Shown here: positions 35,400 through 45,138 of the stretch, in pieces
How the letters are laid out: the number at the start of each line of letters is the position of its first letter
How positions within the stretch are numbered: position 1 is the stretch's first letter
NCBI GenBank assembly: GCA_900553855.1
Contig: USFG01000008.1
Coordinates: 1,178-65,177 of the forward strand
Reading direction: 5' to 3'
DNA length: 64,000 bases
Origin: an uncultured Mycoplasmatota bacterium
GTDB lineage: Bacteria; Bacillota_I; Bacilli_A; RF39; UBA660
The notes under the pieces: model-generated
Seen by the model: the letters and a program-made list of their open reading frames with translations, nothing else
What the model was told of the DNA's origin: nothing
Databases searched by the model: none
Program-made: the position numbers and the translations under genes

Positions 35400-36380
35400 T
35401 TAATTATTAGAATAATTTAAAACTTTTTCACCTTCTTCTAACATGTTAGTAATTAAAATGCCATAACCTGTTAAGGGATTATCAATAACAACATGGGTTA
35501 CAGCTCCAATTATTTTATTATCTTGAATTATAGGAGAACCACTCATACCTTGAACTACTCCACCAGTTTTATCAATTAATTCCGGGCTTGTAATCTTGAA
35601 GTGTATATTTTTTGTATCATTATTATTAACTCTATCTATTTCAATATCAAAATTTTCGATTTTTTCACCATTAACTACAGTTCTAATTGTGGCGGTTCCT
35701 AATTTAATATCTTTATAAGTTACAACTTCTAAAGTTTGTTTGCTTGCTATATCATAATCATAAATTCCATATATTCCTTTATTAGTATTACTAACAATTG
35801 TTCCGTAATTTATATTACTAAAAAATTTAGCATTTTTAGTTCCGGCTAATCCTTTAACAGATTTATCAATACTTTTAATTGATGTTTTAAAGATTTTGCC
35901 GGTTTTAACCTCAATTAATTTATTAGTTGCACTTTCAATTATTTCGTGTCCTAATGCCCCATATATTTTAGTTTCAGGATCTATATATGAAAGTGTTCCT
36001 ATACCAATAATATTATCTTTAACATATAATCCAGTTTTATATACGCCATCAACTTTGTCTATTTCGATTTCTTTTTCTAGTTCTTTTTCTTCCCTTTTAA
36101 TAGTAATTTTTACCTTATTATCCTTAATATTTTTTTCAATTAGTTTTATCATATTATCAATACAAGTAACTTCTTCATTATTTACTTTTAAAATAGTATC
36201 TCCTACTTTTAAATTATTTTTATTTAATTTACTTTTAACCCTATAGAATCCGACTATTATTACACCTTTATTTTTAACTTCAATTCCTAAAGTATCTCCT
36301 CCAGGAATAATTTTGTCTGAATAGGCTAAAACATTAAAAGGTAACAACAAAATTAGTAGTAAAATTATATATTTTTTCAT
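35400..36380 (-). CDS. spoIVB: SpoIVB peptidase (S55, with PDZ)
   Basis: GIGTLSYIDPETKIYGALGHEI and GMSGSPII. Has a signal anchor and a PDZ domain. Confidence 0.9.
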   Translation of the reverse strand: MKKYIILLLILLLPFNVLAYSDKIIPGGDTLGIEVKNKGVIIVGFYRVKSKLNKNNLKVGDTILKVNNEEVTCIDNMIKLIEKNIKDNKVKITIKREEKELEKEIEIDKVDGVYKTGLYVKDNIIGIGTLSYIDPETKIYGALGHEIIESATNKLIEVKTGKIFKTSIKSIDKSVKGLAGTKNAKFFSNINYGTIVSNTNKGIYGIYDYDIASKQTLEVVTYKDIKLGTATIRTVVNGEKIENFDIEIDRVNNNDTKNIHFKITSPELIDKTGGVVQGMSGSPIIQDNKIIGAVTHVVIDNPLTGYGILITNMLEEGEKVLNYSNN

Positions 36381-36442
36381 ATATTATCACCATTATTATT
36401 ATGGATTTTTATACAATTAAAAAACATCCAGTTATTGGATAT

Positions 36443-37179
36443 TTATTTAAGTTTTTTAACTAAAGCATCTAAATTTCGATGAGCTTCATCTAATGTTTCG
36501 GGTTTAGAATAATGAATAGGAATATTTATTCTTTCATTTAGTAAATTAATCATTTTATAATAATTTTGTAAGCTGTTTTTTAAAGCGTGTTCATCATCAA
36601 ATTTAACTAGATCTTGCTCGAAATCTATTAATTTAACTTCTAAGTTTTCATTTATCAAAAAGTTTTTAGCATGAATATCTATGTAGGCAATTCTTTCTTT
36701 ATGAAGTTCTGATAAAATTGTTAAGCATTTACGATATATTAATAATAAATCTTTTAATGATACTTCATTTTTTATTTCATATAATTGTTTGAAATTCTCA
36801 TAATAAATTATTTCTTGGCCTATAATGTTTCCATCTAATGTAACTACTCCAATAGGAAATGATGTCATACTTATTGAAGGCTGAATGCTTTGTAATTTTG
36901 ATATAAATATTTCATCACGGCAACCATTAAAATTAGGATCCAATGAACATTTATAAATTCTTAAAGCATTCTCGGAATTATAATTTGATTTATAAATATA
37001 TACACCTTCATCATCTATTTGCATTGCACTTTTCTTCGCAAAATAATCATTGGCTTCACGTTTTGTCTCATTAACTAATGTTCCTAAATTACCAAATAAA
37101 TTATCTCTAGTAAACGCAATCTCTCTTATATTTGGGTATAATATTCCATTTTATCTATAAAATTTTCTCTTATTTCCAT
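36443..37179 (-). pseudogene. protein-kinase-like fold gene, frameshifted near its 5' end (or N-terminally truncated)
   Basis: The 193-aa ORF carries IDIHAKNFLI...KLIDFE. The ATG at 37179, with strong RBS AAAGAGGGA, opens MEIRENFIDKMEYYTQI* (stop at 37126-28). The main frame is already open from 37150 but has no start before 37024. Confidence 0.55.
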
Positions 37180-37256
37180 AAAAAATCCCTCTTTTTCCAA
37201 GGGATTTAATATAACATAATTTGCATATAAATTCAATTATTTTTATTTGGATGATT

Positions 37257-38777
37257 TTAAATATCTATTATATCTTCTTCTGTTAAGGTTTTAAGTCTAT
37301 TGTCATTTGCTATGTCTTTGCAATTCGAAGCATGATTTATAACACATTTTTCATATAAATTTCTTGCGAATCTAGCATTGCCAAAATTATCGTCGTTAAG
37401 ATGTTTTTCAAAAATGTTTTTTGCTTTAATTAATGCTTTATCTTCAATTTTGAAATTAGATTTTTTTACAAATAATTTAAATATTTCTAATAATTCAGCA
37501 CTGGTATAATCAGGAAATTCAAATGTGTAGCCTATACGTGATTTAATACCTGAATTAGAATTTAAAAATGGTGTCATCTCTTTAGTATATCCGGCGAATA
37601 TGACAATAAATTCGTTTCGATGATCTTCCATTGCTTTTATTAATGTAGCAATTGCTTCTTCATTATAGCTATTATTTTTACTATATAATGTATAGGCTTC
37701 ATCAATAAATAGTACTCCACCCATTGCTTTATTTATTACTTCATTTGTTTTTGGTCCTGTTTGGCCAACATATTCACCTATCAAATCTTTGGCTGAAACC
37801 TCAACAAGTTTATTATATTTAATATATTTTAAATCGTAAAATATTTCGGCAAGTAGTCTAGCTACGGTTGTTTTACCGGTTCCGGGATTGCCTAAAAAAA
37901 CCATGTGTAAATTAACATCATTTATTTTTACTTTACCTTCTGTTTTATTTTTTAAACTTATTAAATCAATTAATTCATTTATAGATTTTTTTATAATATC
38001 CAATCCAATAAGGTCGTTTAATTCTTTTAAAATATCTTCTAATTTTTTTGGCTTATTAATTTCTGGTAATTTATTATTGAATGCAATATATTTTATTAAA
38101 TTATCACGATATGTAGGATAATCAAGATTACTGTTTAAAAAAGTATCACTTATATATTTTTCAATATCAGTTAAATTATCAATATTAATACTTTTTTTAA
38201 TATCATTCATAATATATTTAGTATCTGGCAATATTTCTTTAATAGAATAGGTAAAGTAGCTATTTTCTAATTCATTGTCATTTTTGATAAATTCTTTTAA
38301 ATTTGATTCCGTATCATTTAATATAACGATGTTTTTATAAGTACTATTGTCTTTTAAAATATTAATTAATTTGGTAGCATCTTTACCACTTAAACTATTA
38401 AAATCACTAATTATTAAAATACCTGATTTATAATAATCTTTAACTTTATTAATATCTTCTATATCTGCTAAAGAAATATTAGTTATATTTGTATTTATTA
38501 AATAATTATTACTTACGCTTTTTAATAAATTGATTATAGCATTTAATGTTTCTTTGTTGTTACCGTATAATAAAATATTAAAATTTATGTATACTCCATT
38601 ATTATAGTTTTTTATGTAGGTAATTATTTTTTTTAGTAATTCTTTTGAGTCTTCATCAATAAGTAATTCTTCTATATTCTTTATTTCTATTTCTTTATCG
38701 ATAGGTGTTATTTTTTCTTCTTTAACTGTTCCAAAAAAATCACGATAAACTTCATCTAATATTTTTCTATTATCCAT
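37257..38777 (-). CDS. SpoVK/CbxX-family AAA+ ATPase with a long N-terminal extension
   Basis: FLGNPGTGKTTVARLLAEIF, GGVLFIDEAYTL, and VIFAGY. About 270 aa upstream of the ATPase module are unassigned. Confidence 0.75.
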   Translation of the reverse strand: MDNRKILDEVYRDFFGTVKEEKITPIDKEIEIKNIEELLIDEDSKELLKKIITYIKNYNNGVYINFNILLYGNNKETLNAIINLLKSVSNNYLINTNITNISLADIEDINKVKDYYKSGILIISDFNSLSGKDATKLINILKDNSTYKNIVILNDTESNLKEFIKNDNELENSYFTYSIKEILPDTKYIMNDIKKSINIDNLTDIEKYISDTFLNSNLDYPTYRDNLIKYIAFNNKLPEINKPKKLEDILKELNDLIGLDIIKKSINELIDLISLKNKTEGKVKINDVNLHMVFLGNPGTGKTTVARLLAEIFYDLKYIKYNKLVEVSAKDLIGEYVGQTGPKTNEVINKAMGGVLFIDEAYTLYSKNNSYNEEAIATLIKAMEDHRNEFIVIFAGYTKEMTPFLNSNSGIKSRIGYTFEFPDYTSAELLEIFKLFVKKSNFKIEDKALIKAKNIFEKHLNDDNFGNARFARNLYEKCVINHASNCKDIANDNRLKTLTEEDIIDI

Positions 38778-38812
38778 TTGTATCTCCTTTATTTAAGAAA
38801 AAAGCATAGATA

Positions 38813-39961
38813 TTATGCTTTTGGTACATTTATTTCGATTAATTTACTCTTTAATTCCTTTTCAATATTTTCAAGTTCGGCTTCTGCTTCCATTCTCTTA
38901 GCATGACCTTCTTCATGAATTTTAATAACATTATCAATGGTTTCAATTAAATCTTGATTTGTTTTCTTAAGAGTTTCAATATCAATAATTGCTTTTTCAG
39001 CTTCCTCAGCTATTTCAATTGAGCCTTGTTTTAATGTTTCACTATTTTTCTTTAACATATCATTAGTTAAATTTGAAACAGCTTGTTGCGATTCTAGGGC
39101 CTTCTTTGAATTATTTATACCTAACGCAAGTACCATTTGATTTTTCCATAATGGGATTGTATTAGTTATTGAACTTTGAATTTTTTCTACTAATTCGGCA
39201 TCATTATTTTGAAGTAATCTAATTTGTGGTGCCATTTGAATAGATATAATTCTTGTAGTTTTTAAATCATAAATTTTCTTTTCGAATCTATTAATTTGAT
39301 TTTCTAAATCTTGAATTTTTTGAGCATCTAATTGTTCATGAGTTTCTTCAAATTTAGCTTTTGCTGCTGGCAATGTTTTATTTTTTAGTTCTTCTAATTT
39401 TCTTTCACCAGCAATTATGTATAATGATATTTCTTTAAAATATTCTAAATTTTTATCATACATTGTATCAAATAAAGCAATATCTTTTAATAAAGTAACT
39501 TTATTTTTTTCTAAACTATTTTCTATTGTATCAACATTTTTTTCAATTTTATTATATTTTGCAATAATCGTACTAATTTCTTTCTTAGCACTGTTAAATA
39601 ATTTAAAGATTCCCTTTTTTGATGTTCCGATAGAAGAATTGAATGATTTGATTTCTCCTACTAAGTTAGCAAGTAACTCACCTGTATCTCCAATATCTTT
39701 TGTTTTAACATCTTCTAATATGTTATCAGAAAAGGCACTTATTTTATTTTGAGCTTTTGCTCCGTATTGAAGTACTAAATTTTGATCCATTACATCAATT
39801 TTAGTAATAAATTCATCAACTGCTTTTTTCTCACTTTCTGATAATTCATCATAATTTAATGATTTTTCAATCTTTTCATCAGTAACTTCTTTACTATTTT
39901 GAGTTAAATTACTAATATTTTCTTCCTTTAATTTGTCTTCTACTTTTAATTCTAAATTCAT
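38813..39961 (-). CDS. TelA/YaaN-family toxic anion resistance protein
   Basis: 382 aa, all-helical, with TelA-like length. Adjacent to an XpaC-like gene, as with B. subtilis xpaC-yaaN. Confidence 0.75.
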   Translation of the reverse strand: MNLELKVEDKLKEENISNLTQNSKEVTDEKIEKSLNYDELSESEKKAVDEFITKIDVMDQNLVLQYGAKAQNKISAFSDNILEDVKTKDIGDTGELLANLVGEIKSFNSSIGTSKKGIFKLFNSAKKEISTIIAKYNKIEKNVDTIENSLEKNKVTLLKDIALFDTMYDKNLEYFKEISLYIIAGERKLEELKNKTLPAAKAKFEETHEQLDAQKIQDLENQINRFEKKIYDLKTTRIISIQMAPQIRLLQNNDAELVEKIQSSITNTIPLWKNQMVLALGINNSKKALESQQAVSNLTNDMLKKNSETLKQGSIEIAEEAEKAIIDIETLKKTNQDLIETIDNVIKIHEEGHAKRMEAEAELENIEKELKSKLIEINVPKA

Positions 39962-39970
39962 TTTTCCTCC

Positions 39971-41158
39971 TTATTTACTTAAATAATCTATTAATTTGTT
40001 ATAATAAGACATTTTTAAACTTGTTACAGTACTTGTTATTTTACTTGGAATACCTATTCCTAAATCAGTTGTACTTATATTTGTACCGGCAACACCTGTT
40101 CTAAATCCATATTTTTCCCAGGCTATACGACTTATTTCTTCATCTTCAAAAGCTGATAATAATTTTTTACCGTTTTCACTGAAAATTGTCAAACAATGAG
40201 AATTCCAAATTGTTGGTTTAGGGTATAAAACTACGATATCATCTTTAACTTGGCTAAAACCAGATGGATTAGAATTAGCAAAATCGATAATACTTTTTTC
40301 ATAATCAACAATCATTGGTTCTCCACCAATACCTGTTTTTAAATATCTTTCAAAAAGGTCAGCAGGGGTATTATTCATATATCCACTCTTTTGATAGAAT
40401 ACTTTTAATTTTTTTAGATTTGTTTCAAGAGTTTGATCATTTATTTCTCCACCACTTAATATAGATAATAACAATCCATAATAAGTTGCTCCTGGAGATG
40501 ATGATACTGGATCAGTTGAAGCTATATTAATATTTCCGTATAGATCTGTTAAGCCAATATCTTTCCATTTTTTACCAGCTAGAATATATTCAATTAATTT
40601 GTTCATATCAGTAATATAGTAAACGCCATTTTCATTAGTAACAATTTCTTCTTTAATTAAAGCATTTACTACTTCTTTCCAACTATATATTACAATTGGT
40701 GTGTTAAGAGTTAAGCCACCATCTAATACGTAATAACGATCTGATTCATTTTTAGTTTTATCTGGTGATAATTTATAATAATCATAGAATCTTTGATCAG
40801 ATGTAAATAAAGCATCATATTTACTAACATTATCACTATTGATAGTAATATTTTCACCATTTTTTATTTTTGTTATTACATCGTTATTTCCTAAATTAAC
40901 ACTTTCTCTAATTAATGGTTTTGTAATAGTTTTACCATTACTCCAATTATCATATACAACTTGAATTTTATATTTTTTGGCTAATAGTTTAGATACTTCT
41001 TTATCTGAAATGAAGTCCTCTTTACCTCCACCAGTTGCAACATATATGGTTGTTAGATTGGAATTTAAAACATCTTTATTACCACTAAAATATTTTATTC
41101 CAACAATAACTCCTATTAGAAGAATAAAAATACTTACTCCAATTATTTTTTTATTCAT
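39971..41158 (-). CDS. membrane-anchored solute-binding-fold protein, paralogous to the N-terminal part of 41773..43353
   Basis: TM anchor. STDPVSSSPGATYYGLLLSIL aligns with SVTSTNTGATAYIGFLNSL of the neighbour. Confidence 0.4.
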   Translation of the reverse strand: MNKKIIGVSIFILLIGVIVGIKYFSGNKDVLNSNLTTIYVATGGGKEDFISDKEVSKLLAKKYKIQVVYDNWSNGKTITKPLIRESVNLGNNDVITKIKNGENITINSDNVSKYDALFTSDQRFYDYYKLSPDKTKNESDRYYVLDGGLTLNTPIVIYSWKEVVNALIKEEIVTNENGVYYITDMNKLIEYILAGKKWKDIGLTDLYGNINIASTDPVSSSPGATYYGLLLSILSGGEINDQTLETNLKKLKVFYQKSGYMNNTPADLFERYLKTGIGGEPMIVDYEKSIIDFANSNPSGFSQVKDDIVVLYPKPTIWNSHCLTIFSENGKKLLSAFEDEEISRIAWEKYGFRTGVAGTNISTTDLGIGIPSKITSTVTSLKMSYYNKLIDYLSK

Positions 41159-41771
41159 TGTTATCCTCCTTTATAATTTCTTCATCATCATAACCATCGG
41201 CTTTAAGCATTGAATTAAATACTTTCATATCAGCATCTATATTTATCATATCATTTTGATACAATCTTTCAAGTATTTTATTAAATGCTTCATCAGCTGA
41301 TTTTAACATTAACTTGGTGGATGATATAAATTCTTTCATCTCTTGTGATGATAAATTTTGATTTTCTATTTCATCATATCTTTTAATTATGCTTAATGTT
41401 ACAGGCAAATAATAGTCGAAAAAGTTAGCTATTTTTCTAATTTTTTTAGGTTCTTTTTCAATGGTACTTATTATTTTATTAGCACTAGTGCTTATATTAA
41501 TTATGTGCTTTTTTAAATCTTCATCTTCAATCTTGTTACGCATATTGTATATATCTTTTGATTCATCTTTAGCGCTTTCAAGAGTTTTTTTAACTGATTC
41601 CGTTGGTATTTGATTTTTTTCATCACTGCTTAGCAATAATTCTCCAGCAATAAATGCGCCGGTTCCTATTAACGCTGAAGGTAATAACGGAAGTGAAAGT
41701 GCCAAATAAGGTATAGCAAAGAAGGCACTTCCTACAACGGCTGATACAGCTTCTTTATACTTTATTTTCAT
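41151..41771 (-). CDS. XpaC-like (5-bromo-4-chloroindolyl phosphate hydrolysis family) membrane protein
   Basis: 206 aa with 2 N-terminal TMs plus a helical domain. Its size and its linkage to TelA resemble B. subtilis XpaC. Confidence 0.5.
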   Translation of the reverse strand: MKIKYKEAVSAVVGSAFFAIPYLALSLPLLPSALIGTGAFIAGELLLSSDEKNQIPTESVKKTLESAKDESKDIYNMRNKIEDEDLKKHIINISTSANKIISTIEKEPKKIRKIANFFDYYLPVTLSIIKRYDEIENQNLSSQEMKEFISSTKLMLKSADEAFNKILERLYQNDMINIDADMKVFNSMLKADGYDDEEIIKEDNNE

Positions 41772-41772
41772 T

Positions 41773-43353
41773 TTAATTATAGCTCCTTACTTCTTTAAAG
41801 GCTTTAAGTAAATCTTCTTTACCATCAAATATTTTGGCGTTGGTAAGTTTAGCTATTTTATCTAATTGTTTTTCACTTGCATCACCGAACGTAATACTGT
41901 AAACAGGAATTTCTTTATTAAGTGTTTTGTAATATTTTGCTAATGTATTGAAGTTTCCTTCATTTATGTAACCATCAGTCATAGCGATAATTGTAGTTGT
42001 ATAATCATCAGTTTCTTTATTTAAGATTTCTAAACCTTTTTGAACAGCATCATAAAGGGCAGTTGAACCACCGACGCGGTATTTATTAATGTTATCTATT
42101 AATTCAGTAGTATTTGTTCCTTCTAATGCTTTCCAAATGTTTGTGACTTTTGTACTAAATGTTATAACAGTTATTTTATCGCCTTTAGAAAATTGTAATC
42201 TGTCTTTAGATGCTTCTTCACTATTTAAAATATAATTCATAGAATCTCTTAATTCTTGGATTCCTTCTCCTGACATACTTCCTGAATAATCTAAGCAGAA
42301 AACTGCATGAGTTGGTTTTCTTAAGCTTTCAATATAAACATTTATTGCTTTTGTAATAACTTTTTTAGATGGAAAATTAGTTACATTTAAATATTTTTCA
42401 GTATCTATTCCCCACTCTGGATTAAATACTTTGGGATTGGTTTTACTACTTACTCCACCGTACCAAGTACGATAGCCATTTTCTTCTAATAATTCCTGAC
42501 CGCTTTCACTTAATAAGAAATTTTGAAAATTTATAAAATCATTTTCTTTAGATTTATCATTACTAATAAACGCAAGAGTCATATCATTTATTGATAGTCC
42601 ATCTTTAGGATAAAATAAATATAATTCTTCTTTATCTTTATCTAGTAATTTTTTATTTATATCTATTAATGATGCTTCATCGGCTATAATTGCTTCATAT
42701 TCATCATTATTTATAAACATTTCTTTAAGATATTCTTCATCACCACTTACTCTTAAAGTTCCAGAAAATAAATTTTTAAGTTCCGTAACTAATTTAGTGT
42801 TATCAAGCATTGTTTCGGTTAGTACTTCAGGATTTCCAGCAAGTGAATTTAAGAATCCAATGTAGGCTGTTGCTCCGGTATTTGTGCTTGTAACAGATGG
42901 CATAACATATTTTATTTTTTTGTTTTTAACTAAAGTAACTATATCATCATTAGTTAATTCTTTTCCAATTAAATTTAGTGATTTAGCTTTACTTTTACGA
43001 ATTCCTAACACGATTGGACTAATCGCAATAGATTTAGAATTACTTGTTAAATATTGATTTTCTAACATATATAGCCACATTGAATTTGATATCCATACTC
43101 CATCGTAACTTTTGGCATTGGTATTTAACTCATCAACTATATCGATGTCTCCCATGTATGTAAAATTTATTTCATATCCTTTTTTATATATTTTATTTTC
43201 TAAAGGTTTCATACTTGAAGAAGCTAAGATATTTAATCTTTTACTTTCAACAACCTCAATCATTTTGTTACTTAACATATCTCCTACAATACAGACAAAC
43301 AAGAAGGTTACAACTAGCGCTATAAAAAGAATTTTATTTTTATTATTCATCAC
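41773..43353 (-). CDS. membrane-anchored solute-binding-fold domain fused to a vWA domain
   Basis: The C-terminus has a complete MIDAS: FCLDYSGSMSG (DxSxS), GGSTALYDAV, and IIAMTDGY. Confidence 0.7.
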   Translation of the reverse strand: MMNNKNKILFIALVVTFLFVCIVGDMLSNKMIEVVESKRLNILASSSMKPLENKIYKKGYEINFTYMGDIDIVDELNTNAKSYDGVWISNSMWLYMLENQYLTSNSKSIAISPIVLGIRKSKAKSLNLIGKELTNDDIVTLVKNKKIKYVMPSVTSTNTGATAYIGFLNSLAGNPEVLTETMLDNTKLVTELKNLFSGTLRVSGDEEYLKEMFINNDEYEAIIADEASLIDINKKLLDKDKEELYLFYPKDGLSINDMTLAFISNDKSKENDFINFQNFLLSESGQELLEENGYRTWYGGVSSKTNPKVFNPEWGIDTEKYLNVTNFPSKKVITKAINVYIESLRKPTHAVFCLDYSGSMSGEGIQELRDSMNYILNSEEASKDRLQFSKGDKITVITFSTKVTNIWKALEGTNTTELIDNINKYRVGGSTALYDAVQKGLEILNKETDDYTTTIIAMTDGYINEGNFNTLAKYYKTLNKEIPVYSITFGDASEKQLDKIAKLTNAKIFDGKEDLLKAFKEVRSYN

Positions 43354-43409
43354 ATATCCATCCTCTAACTAAAAGTATATCATTAGTAAAAAATAAACTC
43401 AATTAAAAA

Positions 43410-43426
43410 AGTACATTTTATGTACT
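43410..43426 (-). terminator. intrinsic terminator
   Basis: Minus-strand stem AGTACAT/ATGTACT with a 3-nt loop, followed by TTTTTT. Confidence 0.55.
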
Positions 43427-43533
43427 CTTGTTTAATATATAATAACAATCCAAAATATTTGTTATATTCTATGCTTATTATCTTATTCTTTTTTATTGTT
43501 ATAATCTTTGCATTTACTTTATTATATGATTAA

Positions 43534-44361
43534 TTATTCAGAAGTGTTTATAATAATATTTCCAACGGCACCATTTATTTTTATTTTAGTTTCTCCGTCA
43601 CCTATTAATGTATCTTCCGAAACATCAAAATCATTTAATATTATATTACCTAAACCTTTATTTATATCAAATTTATAATTATCTTTACTTCGACTTAAAC
43701 CTAAATTTAATCTGCCTACTCCAGTTGTTAAAGTATTTGATCCAGTTAAATCACTTTGGATAGAAGCATTGCCTGCACCCAATTTCAAATTAAGATTATT
43801 TATTGTTCCTGAATTAATATTAATGTTACCTGCACCGCCATTTATCATTGCTTTTTCATAAACATTTATTTCTTTTGCTGTCATTGTTCCAGCACCTAAA
43901 TCCATTAATAATGTTTCTACAAATATTTTATCTATATCTATTTTACCAGCACCTAAATTAAGATCTAATACGCTAATATTAAATTCATTTGGAAGATATA
44001 TTATAATAGTTCCTCTAGATGAGTTGCTAAGATGCCAACTAAATGTTTTATCAGATTTAATTTTTACTTTACTATTTTCGTGATAAAATTTAACATCAGG
44101 ATTATTAGTTTTAACTTCAAATTTTTCTCCTTCTTTAATTTCGATATCATCATTGGAAATATCTATTTTAAAGGATTCAATATTATTAACATTATTGGAT
44201 ATTGTAGTATATTCTTCTAATAATTCGCTTTCTTTTTTATCATTATTTATTGAACTTATTATTTCGCGACTTAAACCAAATATAATTGAAAAAATACTGA
44301 TTACTAAAAATAGTGCAAAAGCGATTGCTAAATATTTAATTATTTTTTGAGTAGTTGTCAT
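43534..44361 (-). CDS. DUF4097 (LiaG/YvlB-like) beta-helix repeat protein
   Basis: TM anchor and repeated LGAG(T/N/K).. units (DLGAGTM, GGAGNINI, LGAGNASI). Confidence 0.65.
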   Translation of the reverse strand: MTTTQKIIKYLAIAFALFLVISIFSIIFGLSREIISSINNDKKESELLEEYTTISNNVNNIESFKIDISNDDIEIKEGEKFEVKTNNPDVKFYHENSKVKIKSDKTFSWHLSNSSRGTIIIYLPNEFNISVLDLNLGAGKIDIDKIFVETLLMDLGAGTMTAKEINVYEKAMINGGAGNININSGTINNLNLKLGAGNASIQSDLTGSNTLTTGVGRLNLGLSRSKDNYKFDINKGLGNIILNDFDVSEDTLIGDGETKIKINGAVGNIIINTSE

Positions 44362-45041
44362 TTAATAGTTACTCCTCCAAATAAACAATTAGCATCAATA
44401 AATATTGTTTTAGATTTTTCAGTAGTTTTGCTTCTTTTATTATTAGAAACTCCACCAAACAAGGAACTTGATTTTACCTTTACTTTATAACCATCTGGCA
44501 CTAAAATATCAATTCCACCAAAAACACTACAAGCATTAATAACAACATCATCTTTTATAGTGGCATTTCTTAAATCTAATTTTATACCACCGAATATGGC
44601 ATTTAAGTTTGTCCCTTTAAATTCCTCATCATCTAATTTAATATTTTGATTAGAAAATGTAGCATTAATTCCTTCGTCTTTGTTTATTTTTGAATTAAGT
44701 TTTTTAATTGATTTACTTACACTAGAATTAAATGTATCTTTAAAAATTAAACTTAAACCGACTATAACAATGATTATAGGTACTATCATTTTCCATATTA
44801 AATCAAAATTGATAATATCGTTTGCTCCAGCTAATAATAATAGTCCAATTACCATCCATACTGCATTCCCAGTTTTATCATCATCTGTTATTAAACCTAT
44901 GAATGATGGAATGATTATGAATAAAGCCCACCAACCATCAAAAAAGATATCAATATCAAATAAGCCGAGTGAATTGCCTCCTAAAATTATACCAATAATT
45001 ATTAGGATTACTCCCCATAAAATATTTTTAAAATTCTTCAT
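44358..45041 (-). CDS. LiaF-like (DUF2154) cell-wall-stress membrane protein
   Basis: 4 N-terminal TMs. The C-terminus has four (I/V/L)FGG(I/V) strands. Confidence 0.6.
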   Translation of the reverse strand: MKNFKNILWGVILIIIGIILGGNSLGLFDIDIFFDGWWALFIIIPSFIGLITDDDKTGNAVWMVIGLLLLAGANDIINFDLIWKMIVPIIIVIVGLSLIFKDTFNSSVSKSIKKLNSKINKDEGINATFSNQNIKLDDEEFKGTNLNAIFGGIKLDLRNATIKDDVVINACSVFGGIDILVPDGYKVKVKSSSLFGGVSNNKRSKTTEKSKTIFIDANCLFGGVTIK

Positions 45042-45138
45042 TCTACCTATTTCCTTTCCTATTATTAATATATAACATATGTAATTTAAAGTAAACTAAA
45101 AAAGATTAATAACATAACCTTTTAATTATTAACCTTTA

